64,000 bases of DNA from Candidatus Omnitrophota bacterium. Lineage in GTDB: Bacteria; Omnitrophota; Gorgyraeia; Gygaellales; Gygaellaceae. Both the position numbers and the translations under genes were made by a program. Under the pieces are notes generated by a model. The model was not told the DNA's origin. It ran no database searches and saw only the letters and a list, made by a program, of their open reading frames with translations. Positions 1 through 8,958 of the stretch are shown in pieces. The number at the start of each line of letters is the position of its first letter. The first letter of the stretch is position 1. The DNA is taken from positions 7,186-71,185 of the forward strand of contig JAGYNB010000004.1 of the NCBI GenBank assembly GCA_018400015.1. Reading direction: 5' to 3'.

Positions 1-947
1 TTAGCCGCGATCTGAATATGCCCGCTATGGATAATATTCCACAGGATGAGCTTGTCCAATCGGCAAATCTTTTGGTAAAGTTTATTAATGAAGTCAGGAT
101 TTCGTTGGATTACTATAGAAGACAACCTTCATCAAGTTCTATCAAAAAAATAGTTTTGCTTTATGAACCAGGATTTGAAGGCTGGCCTGAATCGCTTTCT
201 AAGGAATTGGGTATTGCCACAGACGGTGTGGCGGTTAATTCTATAAAGGGTTATCCACAGGTAAAGGATTTGGATATTGCCAAGGCATTATCAGTTTCTT
301 TGGTTAATATAAAGTCAATAAGCGCTATAAATTTAGGTAAAAGACGCGGGTTTATTACCTCCAAAAAATCTAAAAAAGAGTCATTAACAACGGGTTTGAT
401 CGCTAAGCTTCAATATGGGTTGTTGGCTCAAGAAAACGTCAGGAACACTTTAATATTTTCATTAATTTTTGTTGCTGTTGTTTATGGTTATGCATTTCAG
501 AAGAGATTACCGTTTTTAAATAAACTTAGCAGTTTAAAGAAACAGATCAAATATTTAGAGATTGGCTGGCCTTATACCTCAAATGAAGACCTTGAAAGAA
601 TCCAGGATAAGTATCAAAATAAATTTAACTCGATTGAGAAAACTTTAAAGCGTAGGGAAACAATTACTCAATGGTTAAATTCAATTCCAAAATTAATACC
701 AAACGGTCTTTGGGTTTCCTCAATCGATATCAAAAGGAGCCAAGATAAAATGAATTTAAAGGTTACCGGCAAAGTCTACCTTAAAAATGAGTCAAAAGAG
801 ATTCAAGCCATAGATGAGTTTGTTACAAATCTTAATAAATCAGCTGATTTTAATAAATTTTTTAATGAGATAGAAATGGGCAGATTAAATAGTACTGAAA
901 AAATAAATGATGTAAGGGTTACGTCTTTTGAGGTGAATTGTAAATGA
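1..947 (+). CDS. pilMN: PilM (C-terminal part) fused to PilN; 5' partial, ORF is open to the window edge in frame 3
   Basis: No stop upstream of the ATG at 18 in this frame. The first ~100 aa contain a PilM-like tail (VRISLDYYRRQ, GIATDG). A single TM helix (TLIFSLIFVAVVYGYAF) and a coiled-coil region typical of PilN follow. The gene sits directly upstream of pilO-pilP-pilQ. Confidence 0.55.
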   Translation, partial: SRDLNMPAMDNIPQDELVQSANLLVKFINEVRISLDYYRRQPSSSSIKKIVLLYEPGFEGWPESLSKELGIATDGVAVNSIKGYPQVKDLDIAKALSVSLVNIKSISAINLGKRRGFITSKKSKKESLTTGLIAKLQYGLLAQENVRNTLIFSLIFVAVVYGYAFQKRLPFLNKLSSLKKQIKYLEIGWPYTSNEDLERIQDKYQNKFNSIEKTLKRRETITQWLNSIPKLIPNGLWVSSIDIKRSQDKMNLKVTGKVYLKNESKEIQAIDEFVTNLNKSADFNKFFNEIEMGRLNSTEKINDVRVTSFEVNCK

Positions 948-1504
948 AAGTTGACCTAAAACAAAGTATTAATGTTAAAGAATTGCTTTCAACTGTTCTT
1001 GCCCGTAAGGACTTTATAGTTATTGCCGTAATTATATTATTGACGTTGCATTTTTCTTCTAAAGTTTATAAAGCTGAAGTTGCAAAAATTAATAGTATAA
1101 AGGATCAAGTAAGGCAAAAAGAGGTAGAAATTGAGTATTTGAGGAATATCCAGTTGCAGGAGAAAAAGAATTCGAAATTTAGCAGTAGTTTTGAAGACAT
1201 AACCTTATCTGAGTTAGTTAGAAAAGTGACTCAGTTTGCAGATAGCTATAAGTTGAGGGTAGTGGGAGTTGATCAGCAAAAGACCGATCAGGAAAATTTA
1301 TTTGATGTTATATCTTTTAGACTTTCCTTGGAGGGCTTTTATCATGATTTTGGACAGTTTGTAAGGGATATTGAGAACTCTCCTGAATTTGTATGGTTAG
1401 AAAATATTAGTTTGACGCCCTTGAACAGATACAATGACGTAAAAGATAATGCATTAAAAATAAATATGAAAGTTTACTGCGCTTTATTAAAAGAAAAAAG
1501 ATGA
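944..1504 (+). CDS. pilO: Type IV pilus assembly protein PilO
   Basis: An N-terminal TM helix after a short cytoplasmic tail, then coiled coil and an alpha/beta domain. Its position between the pilN-like and pilP-like genes fits, and it overlaps its neighbours by 4 nt. Confidence 0.55.
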   Translation: MKVDLKQSINVKELLSTVLARKDFIVIAVIILLTLHFSSKVYKAEVAKINSIKDQVRQKEVEIEYLRNIQLQEKKNSKFSSSFEDITLSELVRKVTQFADSYKLRVVGVDQQKTDQENLFDVISFRLSLEGFYHDFGQFVRDIENSPEFVWLENISLTPLNRYNDVKDNALKINMKVYCALLKEKR

Positions 1505-1923
1505 AACAGATTAATTTAATTTATATTTTTATATTTTTTATTATGTTTGGTTTAGTAAATTCGTCTCTGGCCGCCAATGACGGAAGAGCACTGTTAATTT
1601 ATGACAGTATGAGTTTTAGGGATCCGTTCGAACCAACTTTGCCAATTGATCTTATGCAGCCTGAAAAAGTTGATAATCAACAAAAAGTAACCGTAAGAGA
1701 AGAGCAAATCGTTCCTCCTACTTTTAGCGTTCAAGGTGTCATTTGGGGAGGAGATATTCCTTTGGCAATTATAGATAATAGTGTAGTAAAAATTGGCGAT
1801 GTGGTAAAAGATGCAAGTATTGTCGATATCAAAAAAGAGAAAATAGAATTTGTTTATAAAGGCAGGTATTTTGAGATACCTACTACTTATTCAACGAATG
1901 AATATATTTCAAAAAAAGAATAA
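1501..1923 (+). CDS. pilP: Type IV pilus assembly lipoprotein/periplasmic protein PilP
   Basis: A signal peptide (IFIFFIMFGLVNSSLA) and a C-terminal beta-domain (FSVQGVIWGGDIPLAIIDNSVVKIGDVV) typical of PilP. Placed immediately upstream of the secretin gene. Confidence 0.5.
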   Translation: MKQINLIYIFIFFIMFGLVNSSLAANDGRALLIYDSMSFRDPFEPTLPIDLMQPEKVDNQQKVTVREEQIVPPTFSVQGVIWGGDIPLAIIDNSVVKIGDVVKDASIVDIKKEKIEFVYKGRYFEIPTTYSTNEYISKKE

Positions 1924-1938
1924 TATGGAGGCTTAATT

Positions 1939-3441
1939 ATGAGACATAATATCAATAAGATTACAGTTTTTATGGCTTGTATGTTGCTTGCGGTTTGTGT
2001 TGGTAGATATGTTTTTGCACAGTCTCAGATAGGAGCAGACTTATTGTATTTTCCTGATCCTACGAAAAAGATTTCTATGGATTTTAAATCAGCTTCATTA
2101 AGAGATATATTAAAGTCCTTTTCTATCCTTTCCGGGCTTAATTTTGTGGCAACAGATTCTGTTCAGGATAGGCAAATCAGCCTTTATCTTGATCAGGTAC
2201 CAATAAGAGATGCCATGGATAAGATATTTAAGGCTAATAACCTTGCTTATGAAATGGAAGAGGATAGTAATATTTTTATTGTTAAAGAGATGGGCCGTCC
2301 TACGATTGAGGTAATTTCAAGAACTTACGTATTAAAGAACGCGATTGTTTCTAATTCTAACCTTGCTACGGCAATCAGCACTGGTTTAAGCGATGATGGC
2401 ACAAGTAAGATTATGAACGCAGTGGAGAATGTGTTAAGTGAAAATGGTTCTGTATCTGAAGACGGCAGAACGAACAGTCTTATTGTAACGGACGTTCCGT
2501 CAAGATTTCCATTAATCGAGCAAGTTATAAACTCGTTAGATACTTCGCAGCCGCAGATTTTAATCGAGGTACAGATGCTTGATGTGAAAAAGGAAATTGC
2601 AGATTATATTGGCGTTGACTGGGGTGACGGTTATGGTTTTGCGATGACCGGAGCAAGCCTTGCTCAAGGTACAGAATTTCCTCTGGGGACAATGTTTCCT
2701 GGAAAAAGAAATGCTTCAGATGGCCCGCCGTGGATAACTCCTGGAACAGCTGGTTTTTCTAATCTAGAAGCAACTATGCAATTTATTACAACTCATACAG
2801 ATACTAAGTTTCTTGCAAGGCCAAAAATATTAACTTTAAATAACCATTCAGCTGAAATAAAAATAGTTACCGATGAAGCAATTGGTAAGACTGTTTCTAC
2901 TTCGACTGAAGAAAGCGGCGCGACATCATCAGCAGAAGAGGCAGAGCGTGCCGAAACAGGTATTTCTTTAAGAGTTACACCAAGTGCGAACATGCTTACA
3001 AGAGAAATCACACTTTATTTAGAGCCAGCGGTAAAAGAGGCGAATTTAAGTAATATAACTATTGTTACCGATGCGGGCAGTCAGAGAGTACAGGATCCCG
3101 AAGAAAGATATACAAAGTCTGTTCTTAAGGTTAAAGATGGTGAAACTATCGTTGTAGGCGGTATGATAAAACACTATGAAAGAGTGCAGGTAAAAAAAGT
3201 TCCAATATTAGGAGACATTCCTTTTATTGGTGCTGCTTTTAGGCATAAAACCAATGAGCCTGAAGATAGAGAATTAATCGTATTTATTACTCCTCGTATT
3301 GTCGATGATACTCTTAAGGCTAACGCTAAGCTTTCTTCTGCCAATTATCCGGCATTACCTGTAAGAGAGCAGCAGTCCTTTTACGTAAAACGCAACACCG
3401 TAATTGATAAGGCGCTTACTAGATACGAAGAGGATTATTAA
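1939..3441 (+). CDS. pilQ: Type IV pilus secretin PilQ (short form, ~500 aa, no AMIN domains)
   Basis: A signal peptide, then a secretin C-domain with the motifs ILIEVQMLDV, VVGGM and RELIVFITPRIV. Confidence 0.8.
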   Translation: MRHNINKITVFMACMLLAVCVGRYVFAQSQIGADLLYFPDPTKKISMDFKSASLRDILKSFSILSGLNFVATDSVQDRQISLYLDQVPIRDAMDKIFKANNLAYEMEEDSNIFIVKEMGRPTIEVISRTYVLKNAIVSNSNLATAISTGLSDDGTSKIMNAVENVLSENGSVSEDGRTNSLIVTDVPSRFPLIEQVINSLDTSQPQILIEVQMLDVKKEIADYIGVDWGDGYGFAMTGASLAQGTEFPLGTMFPGKRNASDGPPWITPGTAGFSNLEATMQFITTHTDTKFLARPKILTLNNHSAEIKIVTDEAIGKTVSTSTEESGATSSAEEAERAETGISLRVTPSANMLTREITLYLEPAVKEANLSNITIVTDAGSQRVQDPEERYTKSVLKVKDGETIVVGGMIKHYERVQVKKVPILGDIPFIGAAFRHKTNEPEDRELIVFITPRIVDDTLKANAKLSSANYPALPVREQQSFYVKRNTVIDKALTRYEEDY

Positions 3442-3478
3442 TCTTTACTTCTTTTCTTTTTCAATTATAATATAATTA

Positions 3479-5185
3479 ATGGCACGACTATATATAGGTG
3501 AATTATTAATTCAGGAAAAATTAATTACTGAAGATCAGCTTGAAAAAGCCATTCTTACACAGAAAAGAGAAGGCGGTAGAATTGGTGAAATCTTAATAAA
3601 GATGGGTTTTGTTCAAGAAGCAGATGTTATTAAGATAGTAAGTAAACAGCTTAATATCCCTTACGCCTGCGAAAATTCCAAAATGCTTTCCCCGGCAACA
3701 GACCAGGGCCTAGAAAAGCTTATCCCCAGAGATTTTGCTTTAAAAAATTTAGTTTTGCCTTTATCGCGTAATCTAAATTCTCTAACTTGCGCAATGTTTG
3801 ATCCATTGGATATTATGCTTATGGATAATCTGCGTAAATTAACCCGTTGTGATGTTAATCCTGTTTTGGCAACTCGTTCGGATATTATTAAAGCGATAGA
3901 GCTTTTTTATGGTAGAGGTAACATGTTTAAGGACGCTGTCAGGGATTCTTATGGGGCTATGGATGAGGTTCCTGAGGAAAGTGCTGATGAAATTACTAGC
4001 ACTTTAAGTCTAGATAAGCTTATTGCAAGAGCAGAAGAGGCTACAGTCGTAAAATTGGTGGATTTGATAATTAGGCAGGCTATTGATGAGAGTGCATCTG
4101 ATATACATATTGAACCTTTTAAAGACAGAATAAGCTTGCGTTATCGAATTGATGGCAAACTTTATGAAATACCTCCTCCGGCAAGACATCTGCTTTTACC
4201 GATTATATCCAGAATTAAAATTCTTTCTAAGCTTGATATTGCTGAAAAGCGTCTTCCCCAGGATGGTGCATTTGGGGTTAAGATGGAGGATAGAGTTATT
4301 GATTTACGTGTTTCCTGTGTGCCTACTATTTATGGGGAAAAAGTTGTTTTAAGGATTTTAGATAGAAGTAAAGTTGTTTTAGATCTGGATCGTCTTGGTT
4401 TTGAGCCAAAGCAGTTAGAGGATTTTAGGCGCTGTATTAACTATCCTTATGGTTTGGTTTTTTTAACCGGTCCTACAGGTTCTGGCAAGACCACGACTTT
4501 ATACGCAGCATTGAATGAATTAAAGAACCCTACGAAAAATATTGTTACCGTAGAAGATCCTGTTGAGTATAAACTGGATAGCGTTAATCAGGTACAGATA
4601 AAGCCGGAAATAGGTTTAAATTTTGCATCAGCCTTAAGAAGTTTTTTAAGGCAAGATCCCGATATCATGTTAGTAGGAGAGGTTAGGGATTTGGAAACCG
4701 CTGAAATATGTATTCGTTCTGCCCTTACGGGACATTTGGTTTTAAGCACTCTTCATACTAATGATGCGCCATCAGCAATAAGCCGTCTTGTTGATATTGG
4801 AGTACAGCCGTACTTATTAGTGCCTTCTTTGGTATGCGTTGTTGGCCAAAGATTACTGCGAAAACTTTGTCCTCATTGTAAAGAGGCGTATGAACCCAAG
4901 GCGCAGGAATTAGGAGGTATAAAACTCAAGACATCCTTAATCTATAAACCAAAAGGATGTCCAAAATGTAATCAGATAGGTTATCATGGAAGAACGGTTA
5001 TTGCTGAAGTCTTGGTGGTTGATGATAATGTTCGCAAACATATGTCAGGAGAGGCTAATTTACTGAATTTAAAAAATATCGCAAAAGAATCAGGTATGGT
5101 TACATTATATGAATCGGCTATTAAAAAAGTAGAAGAAGGAATAACTAGTTTGCAGGAGGCTCTTAGCGTTTCAATGAGTTTTTAA
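3479..5185 (+). CDS. pilB: Type IV pilus assembly ATPase PilB (GspE family)
   Basis: An N-terminal GSPII_E_N domain, a Walker A box (GPTGSGKTT) and the tetracysteine zinc motif CPHCK...CPKCNQIGYHGR. Confidence 0.9.
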   Translation: MARLYIGELLIQEKLITEDQLEKAILTQKREGGRIGEILIKMGFVQEADVIKIVSKQLNIPYACENSKMLSPATDQGLEKLIPRDFALKNLVLPLSRNLNSLTCAMFDPLDIMLMDNLRKLTRCDVNPVLATRSDIIKAIELFYGRGNMFKDAVRDSYGAMDEVPEESADEITSTLSLDKLIARAEEATVVKLVDLIIRQAIDESASDIHIEPFKDRISLRYRIDGKLYEIPPPARHLLLPIISRIKILSKLDIAEKRLPQDGAFGVKMEDRVIDLRVSCVPTIYGEKVVLRILDRSKVVLDLDRLGFEPKQLEDFRRCINYPYGLVFLTGPTGSGKTTTLYAALNELKNPTKNIVTVEDPVEYKLDSVNQVQIKPEIGLNFASALRSFLRQDPDIMLVGEVRDLETAEICIRSALTGHLVLSTLHTNDAPSAISRLVDIGVQPYLLVPSLVCVVGQRLLRKLCPHCKEAYEPKAQELGGIKLKTSLIYKPKGCPKCNQIGYHGRTVIAEVLVVDDNVRKHMSGEANLLNLKNIAKESGMVTLYESAIKKVEEGITSLQEALSVSMSF

Positions 5186-5189
5186 AAAA

Positions 5190-6431
5190 ATGGCGAAATT
5201 TGATTATGTTGTAAGAGAAGCGTCTGGTAAAAGAATAACCGGCACCGAAGAAGCTAATTCTGCAGAAGAGGTTATAAATAGGCTTCAGGGCAGAAATTTA
5301 ATTGTTGTTGAAGTAAATCAGAAAAAAGAGTCGGAGGCTTTAAAGTCAATCTTTACGCAGGTAAAGAAAAAACGTTTTAAGTTTGCTCATTGGAGAATAA
5401 AAAGTGCTGATTTGGTTGGTTTCGCCAGGCAGCTTGCTACTATGCTTTCAGCTGGTGTTAGTGTTTTAAAGAGCCTTGAGGTTATTGCGCCCCAAACTTC
5501 CAGTAAAAGATTGTTTGGAATACTGCAACAGATTGTAAAAGATGTAAGGAACGGTTACTCGCTTCACAAGGCGTTTGCAAAACATTCTGCAATATTTTCA
5601 GACCTTTGGATAAATCTTATGGAAACTGGTGAAGCCAGCGGTAATTTGCCGGTTGTTTTAGACAGGCTTGCCTATTATCTGGAAGCACGCGAAGATTTTA
5701 AAAGACGATTAGTAAGTGCGATGATTTATCCGGCGATTATTTTTATAGCTGCAATCTTAGCATTGTTATTTTTTATATTAAAAATTATACCTATGTTTAA
5801 TAAGCTTTATGATAGTTTAAATGCAGAAATGCCTGCTCTTACGAAATTCATTATGAATATAAGCGTTGTGGCACAGAAGATTTTCTTACCATCTTTAATA
5901 ATTACTTTTTTTGTTGCTGTATTTTTAAGACAGTATTTAAAGAGTGATATCGGTAAAAGGAATTTTGATTATTTAAGGTTTAATCTTCCCATTTTAGGTG
6001 AAATATCAAAAGATTTGGCTGTGGAACATTTTACGTCTGAGATGGCAACTTTAGTTGAAAGCGGAGTGCCAATACTTTATTCACTTGAAATAGCTGAGCG
6101 TAGTTCCGGTAATTATGTTATGCAGGATGCTATCCGAAAGATAAAAGAAAACGTTCGTGATGGTAAGCTTTTGGCAGACCCGTTAGAAAAAAGCGGTCTT
6201 TTTCCGCCAATGGTCGTGCAGATGGTTTCCATTGGTGAAGAGATCGGAGAATTATCCAAGATGTTCAAGCGCCTTGCCAATTATTACGAACAGCAGGTAG
6301 AAACTTTTATTACCCGTTTTGCATCAATATTTGAGCCCTTCTTATTGATTTTTGTAGGTTTAATTATTGGGTTCTTGGTAATTTCTATGTTTTTACCTAT
6401 CTTCAGTATTGCTACCTCAAGCACAATGTAG
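5190..6431 (+). CDS. pilC: Type IV pilus inner-membrane platform protein PilC (GspF family)
   Basis: Two GspF repeats with three TM segments. Directly follows pilB. Confidence 0.85.
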   Translation: MAKFDYVVREASGKRITGTEEANSAEEVINRLQGRNLIVVEVNQKKESEALKSIFTQVKKKRFKFAHWRIKSADLVGFARQLATMLSAGVSVLKSLEVIAPQTSSKRLFGILQQIVKDVRNGYSLHKAFAKHSAIFSDLWINLMETGEASGNLPVVLDRLAYYLEAREDFKRRLVSAMIYPAIIFIAAILALLFFILKIIPMFNKLYDSLNAEMPALTKFIMNISVVAQKIFLPSLIITFFVAVFLRQYLKSDIGKRNFDYLRFNLPILGEISKDLAVEHFTSEMATLVESGVPILYSLEIAERSSGNYVMQDAIRKIKENVRDGKLLADPLEKSGLFPPMVVQMVSIGEEIGELSKMFKRLANYYEQQVETFITRFASIFEPFLLIFVGLIIGFLVISMFLPIFSIATSSTM

Positions 6432-6438
6432 GGGGGGG
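6431..6438. repeat. G8 homopolymer immediately 3' of the pilC stop and 5' of the pilin promoter
   Basis: The sequence ggggggggat runs from the G of the pilC TAG stop. A G/C run of 8 or more is rare in a genome this AT-rich. Confidence 0.9.
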
Positions 6439-6457
6439 ATGTAATTATTTAAAATTA

Positions 6458-6486
6458 TTGACACGCTTATTAGAATATACTAAACT
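6458..6486 (+). promoter_or_regulatory. Candidate sigma70 promoter for the major pilin gene (-35 TTGACA, 17-nt spacer, -10 TAAACT)
   Basis: A hexamer match to TTGACA at 6458-6463 and TAAACT at 6481-6486, about 35 nt upstream of a strong RBS (AAAGGAGG) and the pilin ATG at 6520. Confidence 0.35.
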
Positions 6487-6519
6487 AATATATATTATTA
6501 ATCATAAAAAGGAGGAAAG

Positions 6520-6906
6520 ATGAAAAAAGGTTTTACGCTGTTAGAGCTTATCATAGTTATTATAATCGTTGGTATTTTGGCAACAATTGGTTTTACTCAG
6601 TATCAAAAGACTGTTGAAAAAGGCCGCGCCGCAGAAGCTAGATCTGTATTAGGAACTTTAAGAACCGCTCAACAGGCTTATTATTTAGAAAATTATGCAT
6701 ATACGTCAACTGAAGCAGATTTAGCTGTTGATGTTCCTTATGGTGCTACTTGTGAAGGTACACATTGGTTTAGGTATACTTGTGATAACGCTGGTGAATG
6801 TACGGCAACACGCTGTACCAGTGGAGGAAAAGATCCTAATTTCGATACTGCTTACAGTATAAGTCTTTCTGCTAACGGAACTTGGACTAATACTAGCGGT
6901 TATTAA
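6520..6906 (+). CDS. pilA: Type IV prepilin (major pilin candidate, PilA-like)
   Basis: Class III signal MKKG|FTLLELIIVIIIVGILA with Glu at +5. The C-terminal half is Cys/Tyr-rich. Strong RBS upstream. Confidence 0.75.
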   Translation: MKKGFTLLELIIVIIIVGILATIGFTQYQKTVEKGRAAEARSVLGTLRTAQQAYYLENYAYTSTEADLAVDVPYGATCEGTHWFRYTCDNAGECTATRCTSGGKDPNFDTAYSISLSANGTWTNTSGY

Positions 6907-6913
6907 TAGTTAG

Positions 6914-7351
6914 ATGTTTAAAGCTTCTTTTACATTAATAGAGTTACTTATTGTAATTATAATACTTGGAATCATAGCCGGGATAGGTATTCCCGGCTAT
7001 GTTAAAACCCGCGAGTCTTCTTTGGACCGAGAGGCCAAGGCAGCCTTAAAGATTGTACAGGCTGCAGAGGATAGTTATTATCTGGAAACGGGCGAGTATT
7101 ATTTGAATGGCAGTAATTTTTTTAATTGTTGGGATATCAATACGTTAAATGATAATTTAGTACTACGATTGGACGGTGACAACTGGGGCTATTGTACAAC
7201 GTTTAATCCTTCTGGATTTGCTGCTTTTGCAGCTAGACAAGATTATCAGCCGGGTGGAACAATAAGGTTGTGGCGTATTTTTCCAACAGACAAAGAAGCC
7301 TGTTGTGTACAGGGTTGTGATCAATCAGCAGCAAAGCCAGTTTGTCCTTAA
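6914..7351 (+). CDS. Type IV prepilin paralog
   Basis: Prepilin leader MFKAS|FTLIELLIVIIILGIIAG with Glu at +5. Paralogous to the neighbouring pilin genes, and its C-terminus is Cys-rich (CCVQGCD...VCP). Confidence 0.7.
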   Translation: MFKASFTLIELLIVIIILGIIAGIGIPGYVKTRESSLDREAKAALKIVQAAEDSYYLETGEYYLNGSNFFNCWDINTLNDNLVLRLDGDNWGYCTTFNPSGFAAFAARQDYQPGGTIRLWRIFPTDKEACCVQGCDQSAAKPVCP

Positions 7352-7363
7352 TACAATTCATAA

Positions 7364-7822
7364 TTGAAAAACATTCTTTTAAAGTTAGTGTGGTATCTAA
7401 AAAAAAATAAAAAAGGCATGTCAATGATTGAGATCCTTGTAGTTTTAATAGTTGTCGGTCTATTGGTAAGTTTGACATTCCCTGGTTATGTGAAGATGAA
7501 AGAAGGGGCTATTGATAGAGAGGTTAAAACTGCCCTTAAACTTATACAATCAGCACAGAAGATATACAGATTATCAAAGCCTTATTATTACGGCAATCAA
7601 GCGTCCTGCTCAGCTGGTGATGACTACATAGATAATATCAATACAAAGTTGCATCTTGATTTGAATAATCAAAATTGGCAGTATTGTGTAGAAACAGATC
7701 CTGTTACTCATTCAGATTATATAGCAGAAGCCACTAGAACAAAAGGTTCTAGTCGGACTTGGCGTATTGGCAGCCAGGATGAAAATCCAACTTGTGTTGG
7801 AAATTGTATACCAGGCTCATAA
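7364..7822 (+). CDS. Type IV prepilin paralog with a long leader
   Basis: Leader KKNKKG|MSMIEILVVLIVVGLLV. Shares the EAKAALK / YYLE region with the previous two pilins and has a Cys-rich C-terminus. Confidence 0.65.
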   Translation: MKNILLKLVWYLKKNKKGMSMIEILVVLIVVGLLVSLTFPGYVKMKEGAIDREVKTALKLIQSAQKIYRLSKPYYYGNQASCSAGDDYIDNINTKLHLDLNNQNWQYCVETDPVTHSDYIAEATRTKGSSRTWRIGSQDENPTCVGNCIPGS

Positions 7823-7827
7823 GACAA

Positions 7828-8196
7828 ATGAAAAACAAAAAGGGATTCTCCATATTAGAAGTTTTGGTAGCGTTAATTATTATGGGTTTGGCGCTTTTGG
7901 GAATGTTTAGTGTTTTTATCGCTGGCAGAAGATATACCGAGCGCTCTCGCAGAAAACTTACCTCAATAAATATCGGCAGAAAAGTTTTAGAAAGTTTAAA
8001 AGATGATGTAAGACAGGATACTTGGGATACAGGCAATCTTAGCGCTGGTACGGGTTATACCGTTGATCCAAGTATATTACCGGAAAGATTTTTAACATAT
8101 TGGGACGGGACTGTTTATTATGATGTTTCTCAAGTTGGCACATCAAACATAAGACAAGCAAGTATAACTGTTCGCTGGAATGAGCCCTCAGAATAA
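7828..8196 (+). CDS. Minor prepilin (PilV/GspI-like)
   Basis: MKNKKG|FSILEVLVALIIMGLALLGM. I moved the start to the internal ATG at 7828, because the six-frame track's start at 7792 overlaps the upstream gene. Confidence 0.6.
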   Translation: MKNKKGFSILEVLVALIIMGLALLGMFSVFIAGRRYTERSRRKLTSINIGRKVLESLKDDVRQDTWDTGNLSAGTGYTVDPSILPERFLTYWDGTVYYDVSQVGTSNIRQASITVRWNEPSE

Positions 8197-8794
8197 ATCC
8201 TACGGTATTAGCTTAATAGAGCTACTTATTGCAATTCTTTTGTTAAGCGTGGTGGTTTATGCAACCAGTGTGGTGGATTTAGCCAGCAAAAGGCAACTTC
8301 GGGAGATTGACAGGCAAACCGTCTTATACAATGAAGTAAACTATGCCATGGAAACCATGGTTAAAGATTTGTCTCAGTCAACAGGAGTGTTGTCAAGTCC
8401 TGCAGTTTGTGTTGCTAACAATTTGTTGAATCCGCCTAATTGTAATAGTTCGTTCGAACAGACAGGTACAGTAGTAATGTTTCGTAAATCAGACAATACC
8501 ATATCTGATTTAAGCGATAACACCTGGGGGGGGTATGAGTATGATGACAGCGTAGCTAATGCTAAAAAGATAGTTCGTTATAATTTTGACGGCTCTAGTT
8601 GGGATTCAGGAAAATCTATTACTAGGCCCAGAATAAGCTCAGCCAGTTTTACACGTTATTCCGGAGAAGATGCAAATAAGATGTTTATTTATATTTCCGC
8701 ACGCGATGATTTAACAAGATCAGAAGACCCGATGAATAATCCGGAAGTTTCTCTGGAATCAGATGTTACTATCAGCGCCATGTCTGTGCGTTAA
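8180..8794 (+). CDS. Minor prepilin-type protein (PilW/PilX-like)
   Basis: N-terminal SYG|ISLIELLIAILLLSVVVYA with Glu at +5. Contains an internal G8 run at 8526-8533 that encodes WGG. Confidence 0.55.
   Translation: MSPQNKSYGISLIELLIAILLLSVVVYATSVVDLASKRQLREIDRQTVLYNEVNYAMETMVKDLSQSTGVLSSPAVCVANNLLNPPNCNSSFEQTGTVVMFRKSDNTISDLSDNTWGGYEYDDSVANAKKIVRYNFDGSSWDSGKSITRPRISSASFTRYSGEDANKMFIYISARDDLTRSEDPMNNPEVSLESDVTISAMSVR
8526..8533. repeat. G8 homopolymer inside the minor prepilin CDS
   Basis: acc tgg ggg ggg tat: eight consecutive G inside the reading frame. Confidence 0.9.
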
Positions 8795-8869
8795 GGACAG
8801 ACCCACCTTAAGTTACAATAATCTATTGAAAGAAAATCTTCGCTGTGTTATATTCACAATATAATATTT

Positions 8870-8943
8870 GGGGCCATAGTTAAACGGGATAACATAGCGT
8901 TCGCATCGCTAAATTACGGGTTCGATTCCCGTTGGCTCCACCA
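8870..8943 (+). tRNA. tRNA-Ala (anticodon CGC), CCA encoded
   Basis: Cloverleaf with the G3:U70 alanine identity pair, an anticodon loop TTCGCAT, a T-loop GGTTCGATTCC and a 3' ACCA. Confidence 0.85.
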
Positions 8944-8958
8944 AGTATCATTTAAAAG

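Noticed and set aside
2793-3011. Minus-strand ORFs from the six-frame track. Examples: 2793-3011, 12405-12716, 16606-16824, 17553-18029, 18609-18944, 20181-20651, 34984-35214, 39859-40350, 43167-43805, 45212-45634, 48298-48801, 50601-50924, 55710-56045.
   Set aside because: Each lies antisense inside a + strand gene with strong family-level motifs. They have low-complexity, Ser/Leu/Phe-rich shadow-frame composition, and none has a recognisable domain. One of them, 55710-56045, overlaps tRNA-Pro.
4149-4352. Same-strand, alternate-frame small ORFs inside genes. Examples: 4149-4352, 30743-30979, 31789-31980, 34700-34987, 35694-35894.
   Set aside because: They are embedded out of frame in well-supported genes (pilB, lepB, pgsA, gatA, gatB), have no RBS and show biased composition.
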